Source: Puniceicoccaceae bacterium (lineage in GTDB: Bacteria; Verrucomicrobiota; Verrucomicrobiia; Opitutales; JAFGAQ01). From it: 64,000 nt of DNA. A program made the translations under genes and the position numbers. This document shows, one piece after another, positions 50,805 through 60,965 of this stretch; the first letter of the stretch is position 1, and each line of letters starts with the position of its first letter. The notes beneath the pieces were generated by a model, which searched no databases, was not told the DNA's origin, and was given only the letters and a program-made list of their open reading frames with translations. The stretch spans positions 734,184 to 798,183 of the forward strand of contig JANQOQ010000006.1 of assembly GCA_028285755.1 (NCBI GenBank), read 5' to 3'.

Positions 50805-53800
50805 TTAGAACTCGAATGTGCTGGTTAAGATAACCTGGCGCGGGTCCTTAAAACGATAGCGCACAACATTGCCTGCGAGGTCCTTACGGGTTGGAAGGAT
50901 GTCGTCATCGTCAAACAGGTTCCTGACATTCAACTGTATTCTCCAGTTAATCTTATCATCCATAATTTTCCGTCTGTAAATCAGGTGCAAATCTACGGTC
51001 GTATCTGCATCCCGGGTGTGTTCCACATTTACAGTACCGTCTGGATTTATAAAACGGCTTATCGGAGGTGAACTACGCCAGCGCAGGCTAAAACCAGGTG
51101 AGAAACCTTTGAGCGGCGAGTCTTCGGAAAAGGTATAGGTGGTCGTCGCATTCACTCGATGCTTGCTGTCTCCGAATTGCCTGAACCCATTTTGATTGGT
51201 CTCAAAGTCCAGCCCTTCCTGAATAATGGCGATTTGCTCACCAAATGTAGAATCACCATTTTCGGTTACCGTATCCGCAGGTAGCGCCCTCCAAATATTT
51301 TCATTGGCAGCAACGAATGCCTGGGTAAAGGGAGCCCGGTTTGTGGTAATTGAATCCGTGTTGCTGTAGTTCGCCAGGATACGCCAGTTATCAGTGATAT
51401 TGCCCACAAGCTCGAATTCATATCCGCTGGATGCTAGGTCTACAGTGTCTCTTACATTGGAGTCTGTTATTTGTTCATCCAGAGCAATGGCGGCCGGATC
51501 ATTTATCAGCGCATCAGAGCGTATCATTTGATTAATTGCGGTGCGGATGTTTCCTTTATTCAGGTTTACCACATTCGCTCCTACGGTATCAAAATACGTA
51601 GCCGTAACAATCACGCGCTGATCCAATACACTGAAACGCACACCAAAGTCTTCCGTCTCACCTTTTAAATTGGGGAAGAGTTGATCATCTATCGTTCGGT
51701 TAGTGCCTTGGGTATCAAAGGTCTCCGACTGATTGAAGAATACTGAGAGCCATGAGTTAATGTGACCTACTACACCGTAGGTAGTGGTATCTCCCTTGGT
51801 TACCGTAGGTTCATCATCCAGGACAGCTCCTACACGCGCACTGTTTTCAGCGATAATATCAGTATGTCCATAAATGGATACTTCATCTTCACGATAGCCG
51901 AAAGTGGTTACGATACGATCATTCCAGAAATAGTTCTGAGTGGCTATCAGAATGGTGTCGATTTCAGACTTACTTCGTCCAAAACCCTGGGGAATAAGCC
52001 CGGGAGTAACGGTGCCTGTTACCGGAGTTCCCCCGTTTTGATAGAGGGTTAGCTCTTGGACCGCGATAGGGTTATCAAACGGGCTGAGGTGGGCCCGGGT
52101 CCCTCCCGGAGACTGGAAATCCAGGTAAGTGCGGCGGCGGATTCGGTTTTGCCCGTTTCGAATATTTCCCTGATTTTCAAGAGGTGTAAGATTGCCTTCA
52201 TTGAAGTTTTCAGAGCGCCCCTCTTCCTCTTCCATCTGATAGAGAAAAGCAATCTGATGCCTGCCCAGCCAGCCGAGATCCCATTTGTTAAAATCCAGGT
52301 CGTAGGCTGCCGTAGCCCTCCAAATTTGGCGTAAACTGTCCGAAAGGCTGGCACGTAGGAAATCTTCGACATAAAGTTCGCCCAGATTGGGATTGGGAGA
52401 TCCATCGGGCAACTGCTCATTGATATCGACGCGTATAGGCGAATTCCAGTTGATCGGACGGGTCGAAAAGTCGTTGCGTGAAGTATTGTTGTAAGCAAGC
52501 TCAATATTGAGATTATCAAACAGACTCTGTTCCAGGTATACCGAAAAAGTGCTGTAATCCTGATCGAGCAAAGACCCCGGACCCCAAACCGCTGCTTCGC
52601 GGGGTAAGATACTGAAGTCGGTGATCGAAATACCTCCGATAAATTGCCCATCTACAGTGCTTATGCTATTGGAAGCGGACATATCCTCCCAGTCAGCAAG
52701 CGTGCCACCGGTTGGACCGTTTTGGGTATACACCATATAGGTATTGTTATTGGTGTTTCGTGCACCTTCAGGGCGGTTTGTATCTCTTGCGGTTGCAATG
52801 GTCGGTCGGCCATTTTGATCCCAGAGATTGAAACCATTAAAGGGAGCCCAGGGCCTAACGCGTATCTCATCCGTTTCTGAACGTTCGTATTCGAAACGCA
52901 GACGTGTGGAAGCCTGGTCGGATTTGAAAACATTCCAGGTTGCTGCTATGTGGGCCCTCTGCGACTCATAGTCCAGGACATCCTGCCAGCTACCATGTTC
53001 ATCATGCAAAAGGTTCACCCTGAGCGCAATTTTGCCTTCGAGTATTTCACGATTAAAATCGAGCGCCACCCGCCGTTGGTCCCACTCGTCAATACGGAGG
53101 GTTACTGAGTTGAAATCGTTGAACCGTGCCTGTTTCGTGCTGGTGTTAATAACGCCGGATGCTCCTCCACGACCAAAAAGAATCGAGTTGGGACCTCGGG
53201 AAAAATCAATACGCTCGGTATTATAAGAATCGGAACGAAGATTCCATCGGAAGTAGTTACGTGCCTGAATTCCGGTGGGCAGGCCGCGAAGCCTTACACG
53301 TATATTGTTAGTTTCCAGGAAGTTGCCCGTTTGCACATCCGTGGTTTCCTCAAAATCGTTGGATGTATTCAGGCCATATTCTACGGCATCAAAGGTATCC
53401 GCAATTGCCAGATCGTCGAGTAACTCTTTGGTAAATACCGATATAGCCGCAGGCGTATCGGCAAGCTTTGAGTTTAAGCGACTGCCAGCAAGTGTATTGG
53501 TGGCTACGTAGCCGACATCCTCGGATGTGCTGACCTCGAAGGGCGACATAACGAAGATATTTTCATCTTCAAGTGCTTCCTGGGCTACGATACCGCTATT
53601 GCTGGCAACACTCATTGCCAGAAATCCGGTAATTAACTCAAGAATGAGATTTCTTTTTTTCATAGGTTGTGTCGAGTTTGGTTTTGGGTTTGTTTCTCCA
53701 AGAGGGATGATTTGATCCATCTCTATTGAAGAGGTTATACTTGTAACCAACAGTGCACCACTGGCCTCATCCAGGACACATTCGAGCCCTGTATTCAGCA

Positions 53801-54047
53801 ACATCTGCACAACCGTTTCGTAGGGGGTATATCTTCCGGAGACTGCTTGGGTTTCTATCCCCGTAAGCAAATCGGCCCGATAAATAATTTCGAGACCCGT
53901 ATCCCTTGCAAACTGTGTGAGCGTTTCTTTGGCAGCACCTGCTGGGATGTTTACCCATTGCCGCTCCCCATTCGCCCATAACTCGTTTCCCAGGGAGGAA
54001 AACAGGCAAATGACCACGCATAATGATGATGGAAACAAACGTTTCAT
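50805..54047 (-). CDS. TonB-dependent receptor/transducer with N-terminal STN domain (TBDR-1)
   Basis: Signal peptide, STN 'NIPAG.A...L..FA..TG..IIY......T..VSG', plug 'TLAGSRL','RGPNSILFG', C-terminal 'QLNVRNL...TSTFEF'. Confidence 0.93.
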   Translation of the reverse strand: MKRLFPSSLCVVICLFSSLGNELWANGERQWVNIPAGAAKETLTQFARDTGLEIIYRADLLTGIETQAVSGRYTPYETVVQMLLNTGLECVLDEASGALLVTSITSSIEMDQIIPLGETNPKPNSTQPMKKRNLILELITGFLAMSVASNSGIVAQEALEDENIFVMSPFEVSTSEDVGYVATNTLAGSRLNSKLADTPAAISVFTKELLDDLAIADTFDAVEYGLNTSNDFEETTDVQTGNFLETNNIRVRLRGLPTGIQARNYFRWNLRSDSYNTERIDFSRGPNSILFGRGGASGVINTSTKQARFNDFNSVTLRIDEWDQRRVALDFNREILEGKIALRVNLLHDEHGSWQDVLDYESQRAHIAATWNVFKSDQASTRLRFEYERSETDEIRVRPWAPFNGFNLWDQNGRPTIATARDTNRPEGARNTNNNTYMVYTQNGPTGGTLADWEDMSASNSISTVDGQFIGGISITDFSILPREAAVWGPGSLLDQDYSTFSVYLEQSLFDNLNIELAYNNTSRNDFSTRPINWNSPIRVDINEQLPDGSPNPNLGELYVEDFLRASLSDSLRQIWRATAAYDLDFNKWDLGWLGRHQIAFLYQMEEEEGRSENFNEGNLTPLENQGNIRNGQNRIRRRTYLDFQSPGGTRAHLSPFDNPIAVQELTLYQNGGTPVTGTVTPGLIPQGFGRSKSEIDTILIATQNYFWNDRIVTTFGYREDEVSIYGHTDIIAENSARVGAVLDDEPTVTKGDTTTYGVVGHINSWLSVFFNQSETFDTQGTNRTIDDQLFPNLKGETEDFGVRFSVLDQRVIVTATYFDTVGANVVNLNKGNIRTAINQMIRSDALINDPAAIALDEQITDSNVRDTVDLASSGYEFELVGNITDNWRILANYSNTDSITTNRAPFTQAFVAANENIWRALPADTVTENGDSTFGEQIAIIQEGLDFETNQNGFRQFGDSKHRVNATTTYTFSEDSPLKGFSPGFSLRWRSSPPISRFINPDGTVNVEHTRDADTTVDLHLIYRRKIMDDKINWRIQLNVRNLFDDDDILPTRKDLAGNVVRYRFKDPRQVILTSTFEF

Positions 54048-54171
54048 GCATCAGTTTAAGCAGTATATTTACCTGCGCTAAACACGGGGCTGTGGGGGTT
54101 ACAACAAGCAACATCGCCCTTCGAGATGCCACTGCAGGGAATTTCCGCCAAAAGAAATTTCACTTTTTTAG

Positions 54172-55209
54172 TTATTTGGGGTGATGGCTTAAAATAATGG
54201 TTCCATCTTCTAAGCGCTCGGCCTCTATCTCAAAACCTATATTCAGGAGTCTCAAAAAACCATTAATATTATCAGACCGCATAGAACCACTGATATTAAG
54301 CTCCCCTACCGCATCTTCTGCAAAGCTCAGCTGGACCTCATTTAGTCGGTTAAATTCCTGAATGATGTTCTGGAGCGGCTGATCATCAAAAATGAGCATA
54401 CGATGCTGCCATGCATACACTCTTTTAATTTCGTCCTTTGTAAGCGTCGCAATCTCAAGCTCATCATCATTGGGATCTCTGGAAATAATGGCACGTTGCT
54501 TAGCGATCAATTGCGGTATGTTAGCCTGCGAATGATTCGCATCAGTACGGTTATTCCTGGCGAGTTCCACTACCCCTTCTTCAACCAATACCTCCACCGT
54601 ACTGGATTCCAATTTAATACTGAAGGCAGTTCCGATCGCCCTAACCTGGTAATCCTCCACATATACGGTAAAAGGCCTTGCCTGATCCTTAGCGACCTGG
54701 AAATAAGCTTCACCCGAGCTGAGGTAAACCGCTCGTTGCTCATTGTTATAAGCCACATCCACCTGACTCGTTGGCTGAGTTTTTATGGAGCTGCCATCTT
54801 CCAGAACTTGATGATTAACCTGCGAAGCACTGGCAACCTCGGCTTGCATGCCTAATGATTCCTCTTGTTGAAACGGCAAAGTGCTCACCCATAGCGCCAA
54901 TAATAGCACCGCAGCTGCAACCAATCCCCTTTTAACCCATGGGTTTTCATACCATACACGCTTTGGCGCAAGTAAATCCGGATTAGGGGTGGAACTGAAT
55001 TCAGGGCACCAGGCAGCAAGTTTATTAAGGCGCTGCCAATCCCCCTGCAGTCGGCTGATTGCATCTCCATGGGCAGGATCTTGCGCCAGCCAATCGAGAT
55101 ATTGATCTTGCTCATTCGCGGTAAGACCCCTATCCAGCCGCAAAACCCACTGGGATGCGTCTATCTCAACCTCGTCTAGCTCAGGATTCTGTTTATCCTC
55201 TTGATTCAT
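54172..55209 (-). CDS. fecR: FecR family anti-sigma/transmembrane sensor
   Basis: 'ASQWVLRL','WL..DP.H', one TM, 'LEDGS','GEAYFQVAKD..RPF','AIGTAF','W...MLIF'. Confidence 0.92.
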   Translation of the reverse strand: MNQEDKQNPELDEVEIDASQWVLRLDRGLTANEQDQYLDWLAQDPAHGDAISRLQGDWQRLNKLAAWCPEFSSTPNPDLLAPKRVWYENPWVKRGLVAAAVLLLALWVSTLPFQQEESLGMQAEVASASQVNHQVLEDGSSIKTQPTSQVDVAYNNEQRAVYLSSGEAYFQVAKDQARPFTVYVEDYQVRAIGTAFSIKLESSTVEVLVEEGVVELARNNRTDANHSQANIPQLIAKQRAIISRDPNDDELEIATLTKDEIKRVYAWQHRMLIFDDQPLQNIIQEFNRLNEVQLSFAEDAVGELNISGSMRSDNINGFLRLLNIGFEIEAERLEDGTIILSHHPK

Positions 55210-55215
55210 ATTTGG

Positions 55216-55740
55216 CTAGTTCGCATTTCGCTTAAAATATAATGATAATTTTCTCAAACCAATGGCTCCCTGGGACTCAACGGTGTTTTCAGATATACCC
55301 AATTCTTTGGCGACCTGCTTTTGGGATAGCCCATAGATTTTACGGAGTGTTAATACCTGGCGACATCTTTTTGGTAATGTTTGAATAGCCTTGGTTAATA
55401 GTTCTAGCTCTTCACTGTGTGTGACTTCTTTACTGACATCTGCGTAATTATCGAGGACATCTACCAATTGAAAATCCGCCAAAAAAACTTCCTGCCTACT
55501 CATTGATTTCTTGCACTTGCTCAGTGCGATATTTCGGGCGGTAGCAAATAAATAAGCCTTGGGAGAATTTATATGGGTAGACTCATGTGCTTTGAGAACC
55601 TTTAAGTATGCCTCCTGAACAATGTCTTCAACATCCCGAATATCACTGAACCGTGTTTTGATCCAGTTGCAGAGCAATTCCTCATGAGGTTCCAAATACT
55701 CCTCAAACCATTTACTTTGCCTTGTAAATAGGTCACTCAT
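55216..55740 (-). CDS. FecI-like ECF sigma-70 factor
   Basis: 'EDIVQEAYL','PKAYLF..ARN','LP.RCRQV..LRK..GLSQK.VA..LGISENTVE'. Confidence 0.93.
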   Translation of the reverse strand: MSDLFTRQSKWFEEYLEPHEELLCNWIKTRFSDIRDVEDIVQEAYLKVLKAHESTHINSPKAYLFATARNIALSKCKKSMSRQEVFLADFQLVDVLDNYADVSKEVTHSEELELLTKAIQTLPKRCRQVLTLRKIYGLSQKQVAKELGISENTVESQGAIGLRKLSLYFKRNAN

Positions 55741-55984
55741 TAGTGTTATTCAAATAAGACTTTATCTTGGGGTCAATGTAGAACAGTGTGTGCTTACTTT
55801 AAGCTCGATATTGAAGTTCGATAACTTATTCTGGTATTTAAAAAGCTTTTGCTTCATATGAAACTATCTCGTAATTCACGTTTTAGTAGTTTTGAAGAGC
55901 AATCATCTGTATTAGCAATGTAAATTTTTCGGCAGCTCTATTTTGCGCCAGATCCAAAAAAGCTATTTAGATTAAAATTTAGCC

Positions 55985-56524
55985 ATGCCTATCCCAGAAT
56001 ATAAGCCATCCAGCTGGTTCGAAAAGGAGATTAAAATCCATGAACCGTCACTAAGGGCTTATGTATGTGGTAAAATACCCAAAAGTGCGGATGCAGATGA
56101 CATCATCCAAGAGACCTATGTGCGCATTCTAAAGCTAAAAAACAAGGAAGAAATCGCATCTCCCAAGAGCCTGCTTTTCACTATAGCAAGAAATATAATC
56201 AATGATTTGTTCCGCAAAAAATACGTGTCCAAAACAATCTCTTTGGGGGAAATGGAGCTCTTAAGCGTCCTATCTCATCAAGCCGGAAATACAAACGAAT
56301 ATACAATCGGATTAGATGAAATTAAAATACTCCAAGACGCTATTAAGTCTTTGCCGCCGAAGTGCAGGAAAATTGTTTTATTACGCAATTATGAAAACTT
56401 GTCTTACAAAGAAATTGCAGCGCGGCTGAATTTATCAGTTAAGACTGTTGAAAATCAGCTGATCATTGGTATTAAAAAGTGTAGGAAGTATCTGGAGAGA
56501 CAAGGAGTGCGTAAGGAGGGGTAA
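55985..56524 (+). CDS. FecI-like ECF sigma-70 factor
   Basis: 'DDIIQETY','PKSLLF.IARN','LPPKCR','LSYKEIAARLNLSVKTVENQ'. Confidence 0.93.
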   Translation: MPIPEYKPSSWFEKEIKIHEPSLRAYVCGKIPKSADADDIIQETYVRILKLKNKEEIASPKSLLFTIARNIINDLFRKKYVSKTISLGEMELLSVLSHQAGNTNEYTIGLDEIKILQDAIKSLPPKCRKIVLLRNYENLSYKEIAARLNLSVKTVENQLIIGIKKCRKYLERQGVRKEG

Positions 56525-56526
56525 CG

Positions 56527-57609
56527 ATGAGCTCAAAGGACAATCAGAACGATCGAGAAAATGCTGAATCGAAGTCATCCTTCGATACGGCGGCTGAATT
56601 GTTTATCAAGAGTGAGGGTGAACTTACTGAATTAGAAAGTCAGCGAATCATTCAGGAATTGGAGAATGATCCGGAGTTGCTGGAGGAGGTTAAGGAGTTT
56701 TCAAAAACCAAGCATTTATTCAAACAACTGCCACCTGAGTTCGTAGATGACATACTCGGAGAAGAAGAGAGAAAGCCTGTATTATTTGCACAATGGAGTT
56801 GGCAATGGGGTGTAGGCTTAGCCGCTTGCTTGCTGCTAATCATGAGTATCGCAGTCTGGATAGGGGGTCAAAATAGCGGATCAGTTGATGTGGTTGAAAC
56901 GAGACTGACTTCTGAAAACTTACCAACTACTGAGATATTGCCCGATGGCTCGCTCTTGCGGCTCAACTCAAATGCATTATTGGAAGTCAGCTACACCAAA
57001 GATTTAAGAAGGGTCAACTTAGTCCGGGGAGAAGCCCACTTTAATGTCAGCAGTGATGAGCTTCGACCTTTCATCGTGAATGTAGGCGGAGTCAATATCC
57101 AGGCAGTAGGCACAGCCTTTAATATTAAGTGGGATGAACAGATTGATGTTATCGTTACCGAAGGCACCGTACTAATTACTACCGAAGATTCAGGCAGTAT
57201 CATTACCCAGGTAAGTGAAGAATTAAGCTCATCCTATGAGTTGGGGTTTCAAAAGTCCGAAGGCTTTTTGAGCCAAGGTCAGCGGGCTGAGATTTTAATT
57301 CTGCCTGAAAGCAAGCAACCCACTTTTGAAGTATTTACGGCCGATACAGAAGAAGTGGATGCTCGATTAAGCTGGCAAGCCTCATTACTCACGCTCACGG
57401 GAGATACCCTGAGTGATATTGCCTCTAGTTTTCAGCAAAAAACAGGTTATCGTCTCATCATTACAGATCCTGCCCTCAATGATTTGCGCATCGGTGGGCG
57501 CTTCCCCAGCTCAGACGTCTTTGATTTTTTAAGAATACTTGAAGTCGGATATGGGATCCCATGGCAGCAAACGGATGAGGGCGTATTTATGGTTGGGGAT
57601 CTTGAATAA
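56527..57609 (+). CDS. fecR: FecR family anti-sigma/transmembrane sensor
   Basis: One TM 'WGVGLAACLLLIMSIAVW','LPDGS..LN','GEAHF.V....RPF.V','AVGTAF','LSW','IGGRF'. Confidence 0.92.
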   Translation: MSSKDNQNDRENAESKSSFDTAAELFIKSEGELTELESQRIIQELENDPELLEEVKEFSKTKHLFKQLPPEFVDDILGEEERKPVLFAQWSWQWGVGLAACLLLIMSIAVWIGGQNSGSVDVVETRLTSENLPTTEILPDGSLLRLNSNALLEVSYTKDLRRVNLVRGEAHFNVSSDELRPFIVNVGGVNIQAVGTAFNIKWDEQIDVIVTEGTVLITTEDSGSIITQVSEELSSSYELGFQKSEGFLSQGQRAEILILPESKQPTFEVFTADTEEVDARLSWQASLLTLTGDTLSDIASSFQQKTGYRLIITDPALNDLRIGGRFPSSDVFDFLRILEVGYGIPWQQTDEGVFMVGDLE

Positions 57610-57775
57610 ATAACTAATTAAAAAAGTTTTGGGGGTAAAATTCACTCAACCCGACGTATGACGCGTCTTTGGCAGCCCTATGCTCCAAAGTCGTGTCAAC
57701 CCCGTGAATATTAACCCCAAATACATATATTTTGACAATTTAGAGTCCTGTTTACACTCTGATGAAACCAACGAT

Positions 57776-60700
57776 ATGTTTTTGCGTTCATTCATTTGGC
57801 TTACCCTTGCGCAAAATCTAATCCATATGCCTGTGAGCGCAAACGAACAGGCTGGAGCAGATGCTTCTACAAGCAATCCCCAAAGTTCGGTTGTTTTCAA
57901 TATTGCGTCCAAAGATGCTGAGGAAGCAATTATCGAGTTTGTGGATCTTGTTGATATACCGGTGATCTATCTGATCGATGAAATTACCGGTATAAAGCTA
58001 AATGCTGTGCGTGGGGAAATGAAGCCCGAGGTAGCGATCCGACTTATGGTAGAAGGAACGGCTCTTGAAGTGGAACAGGACACTAAGTCCGGCACACTTC
58101 TCTTAAAGCTTCGAGACCGCAACTTGTACCCGGAGAATGGGAATGACAGGGACACCACTGAAAGTGTTGAACCCAAACTAATCACACCCATGACTGAAAA
58201 AAACAGATCAAATCGTTTAAGAAACTTATTCGCGGCCATGATGATGGCGTTACTACCCCCGGCGGGTGAAATGGTCGCTCAGGACGACTTGGAAGATGAG
58301 GAAAATATATTCCTTATGAGTCCATTTACAGTGTCAACCGATGCCGATACCGGATATCGGGCTCAAAACACTCTCGCAGGAGGTCGTCTCTCTACCCGCT
58401 TGGAAGATACCCCCTCTGCCATACAGGCACTGACTACCGTATTCATCAACGATATTGCCGCAACTGACTTTATTCAGGCGAGTCGCTATGCACTCAATGC
58501 GGTGAATATTCAGGATGTAGCGGGTATCCAGATTTTTAATGACTATCGCATAGATTTTCGCGGTATTGGTGGAAATTTCCAGGCGAGAAATTACTTCCAA
58601 TGGTATATTAACTCTGACAATTATTCGGCAGAGCAGCTTCAATTTGCACGGGGGCCTAATTCCATTGTGTTCGGGGATGCGGGAGTTGGAGGTCTCTCCA
58701 ATATTGATACCAAGCGTGCCACCAATGGTGTGTTTACTGAACTGCAGGCACAATTAACCAGTTGGGGAGGCGGGGGTCGCCTTACGCTGGATCATAATCG
58801 CACCTTAGTTGAAGATACCCTATTCGTAAGAGCAGGTGCCATGATCGACCACTCCGACGGCTGGCGCGATAATGAGTCCTACGAACGCGATGGCTATTTT
58901 GCCACGGCTACCTGGCGTCCCCTGGAAAAGACTGAAGTGCGTGTAGAAGTTGAAAACGGTAGCAATGCACAATTTTGGGGATCCATGTTGCGGGATCAGG
59001 TATCCGGCTGGGACGGCGTTACAACGGTGAGCGAACGCATGAGCGGCCATATGGGCGACCTAAGGCGACTCGGTAATGATTACCTGGTCTGGAACCCCAG
59101 TAACCCCGAAATCGGTATCGTCAACTGGCAGGGTTGGGGGCAAACCCGGGCCGCGGGCAACCAAACCTCCAATTTCCTGACGAACAACCCATTTAGCAGT
59201 AATCGCTACCCCACGCTGCCGGACGAGGAATATAATTTTCAGGCGCCCAATCGGGTAGTGGATATGGATTTTGAAACGCAGACCATATTCCTGGAACAGC
59301 AGGTCGGCGACAGTCTATTTTTCGAGATCGCCTATAACCATACGGTAAACGAACGTTATATCCAACGTTCCTTCTGGGATAATTACCGCATCGACGTAAA
59401 TGAATTCATGCCGGATGGAATTACGCCCAACCCTCATTTCCTGGAACATTACGCAGATGCAAACCCATTCGAAGATTTACAGAGCAATGAACATGACCAC
59501 TACCGGGTATCCGCAGCATACGTGTGGGAAGGCATGGGCATGCGCCATCGTTTTCTGGCATCCTTTCAACAAAGAGACGGACGCTTTGATCTCTACGAGT
59601 GGCGGCATTCACGTACGAACGGGTCACGAGTCAGACTGGATGATTCGCGTAACCGCATCCGCATCCGCCGATACGAAAGTCAGTTGGCTGACGATTTCAC
59701 CTACGGCATGACGGATGCCATCAGTGGTATCGACGTGAAGCGCTGGCTAAGACGCCGCAATGGCAATGAGCAAAGCCTCACAAGCTACCAGGTGGCTGCA
59801 AACAGTGATTGGCTTAACGGAAGACTGACTTCCATCCTCGGATGGCGATACGATGAGCTCACCGTTGATAGCTTTGACCGAATTATCGATCCTGACACGC
59901 GTGAGGTCACTGGCACGACCCCGTTGGAGAGAGATCGCGAGGAAGATAATACAAGCCTGACAGCAGGTCTCGTTTATGACCTCACCGACACCTTTAGTCT
60001 GGTTGCCAATTATGGTGAATCCTATCTGCCGCAATCAGAACGACTGGATATTAACGGTAGGATAATCGGAGGCCGTAATAGTGAAGGTATGGACTTTGGC
60101 ATCCGGGCAACCTTTTTTGAAGGTAAGTTATACACAGTAGTGAATTACTACACGAACGAGGAAAACCAGGTGACCCAGGGCGGCCAATCCGGGAATATTA
60201 ATGAAACCTGGCAAATCATTAATGAGAACCTCAATCAAAACAATCCTGAAGTTCAGGATGGCTATAATGACACCTTCTCCCGGGAAGCACAAGGCTGGGA
60301 GCTTGAAATTATTGGTAATATCACTGAGCAATGGCGGGTTAACTTTAACATCGCTTTCCCCGAAACCGAGCAAACAGGAGGATTCTCGGATACCATCGAC
60401 TATGTTGCACAGAACCGTGCCACCTGGGTCGCAGCCGTGGATGAGCTGAACTCCCTGGGCCTGACTGCAGAAGCAGATGATATCCAGGATAACATCGTGG
60501 GAATCGATCGTGCCGTGACCAACTTTGCAGAGGGTCGTACGCTGAACGGGCTCTTTGACTACCAGGCAAATATTTACACGCGCTATGATTTTGCCAAAGA
60601 TGGCAAATTCAGCGGATGGTTTATTGGCGGGGGTGCTAACTTCCGCGGCGATCGCCTTGCCACCAACCGGGATGGAGACGCCTTCGACTACATATACAGC

Positions 60701-60931
60701 GATGCTTATACGCTCATAAACTCCGTTATCGGTTATAAGACCACGCTCTGGGGGAAAGACTTCCAGGTACAGTTCAACGTAGATAACCTCTTTGATGAGC
60801 AATCTGACCAAATCAGTAATGGTTCCCGCATAAGAACGATAACAGTTGAAGGCGAAACACTCGAATTAGCGCAAAACCGTTTTTTCCTTACTCCTCGTCG
60901 TATGAAGCTGACGGCAACTCTTCGTTTCTAA
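57776..60931 (+). CDS. TonB-dependent receptor/transducer with N-terminal STN domain (TBDR-2)
   Basis: Signal peptide from ATG 57776 (ORF opens at 57680), STN 'FNIAS.DA...I..F......VIY....I.G.K..AV.G', plug 'TLAGGRL','RGPNSIVFG', C-terminal 'QFNVDNL...TATLRF'. Confidence 0.93.
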   Translation: MFLRSFIWLTLAQNLIHMPVSANEQAGADASTSNPQSSVVFNIASKDAEEAIIEFVDLVDIPVIYLIDEITGIKLNAVRGEMKPEVAIRLMVEGTALEVEQDTKSGTLLLKLRDRNLYPENGNDRDTTESVEPKLITPMTEKNRSNRLRNLFAAMMMALLPPAGEMVAQDDLEDEENIFLMSPFTVSTDADTGYRAQNTLAGGRLSTRLEDTPSAIQALTTVFINDIAATDFIQASRYALNAVNIQDVAGIQIFNDYRIDFRGIGGNFQARNYFQWYINSDNYSAEQLQFARGPNSIVFGDAGVGGLSNIDTKRATNGVFTELQAQLTSWGGGGRLTLDHNRTLVEDTLFVRAGAMIDHSDGWRDNESYERDGYFATATWRPLEKTEVRVEVENGSNAQFWGSMLRDQVSGWDGVTTVSERMSGHMGDLRRLGNDYLVWNPSNPEIGIVNWQGWGQTRAAGNQTSNFLTNNPFSSNRYPTLPDEEYNFQAPNRVVDMDFETQTIFLEQQVGDSLFFEIAYNHTVNERYIQRSFWDNYRIDVNEFMPDGITPNPHFLEHYADANPFEDLQSNEHDHYRVSAAYVWEGMGMRHRFLASFQQRDGRFDLYEWRHSRTNGSRVRLDDSRNRIRIRRYESQLADDFTYGMTDAISGIDVKRWLRRRNGNEQSLTSYQVAANSDWLNGRLTSILGWRYDELTVDSFDRIIDPDTREVTGTTPLERDREEDNTSLTAGLVYDLTDTFSLVANYGESYLPQSERLDINGRIIGGRNSEGMDFGIRATFFEGKLYTVVNYYTNEENQVTQGGQSGNINETWQIINENLNQNNPEVQDGYNDTFSREAQGWELEIIGNITEQWRVNFNIAFPETEQTGGFSDTIDYVAQNRATWVAAVDELNSLGLTAEADDIQDNIVGIDRAVTNFAEGRTLNGLFDYQANIYTRYDFAKDGKFSGWFIGGGANFRGDRLATNRDGDAFDYIYSDAYTLINSVIGYKTTLWGKDFQVQFNVDNLFDEQSDQISNGSRIRTITVEGETLELAQNRFFLTPRRMKLTATLRF

Positions 60932-60965
60932 TACGATCATAGGATCCAACTAACACGATTATATT

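Noticed and set aside
50558-50833. 91-aa ORF in the GT/TBDR intergenic region
   Set aside because: Runs through the TBDR terminator and overlaps its 3' end; atypical composition
53663-54047. STN segments as separate genes or frameshift artefacts
   Set aside because: Both STN regions are in frame with their receptors with no stop codon; the same architecture in two paralogues argues against an assembly error
55741-55984. Possible Fur box between the two ECF sigma genes
   Set aside because: No good match to GATAATGATAATCATTATC; only general AT richness
60128-60811. Long antisense or alternate-frame ORFs (e.g. 60128-60811, 52049-52651, 9640-10266, 10502-11110, 11713-12366)
   Set aside because: Shadows of well-supported genes, with no motifs or initiation context
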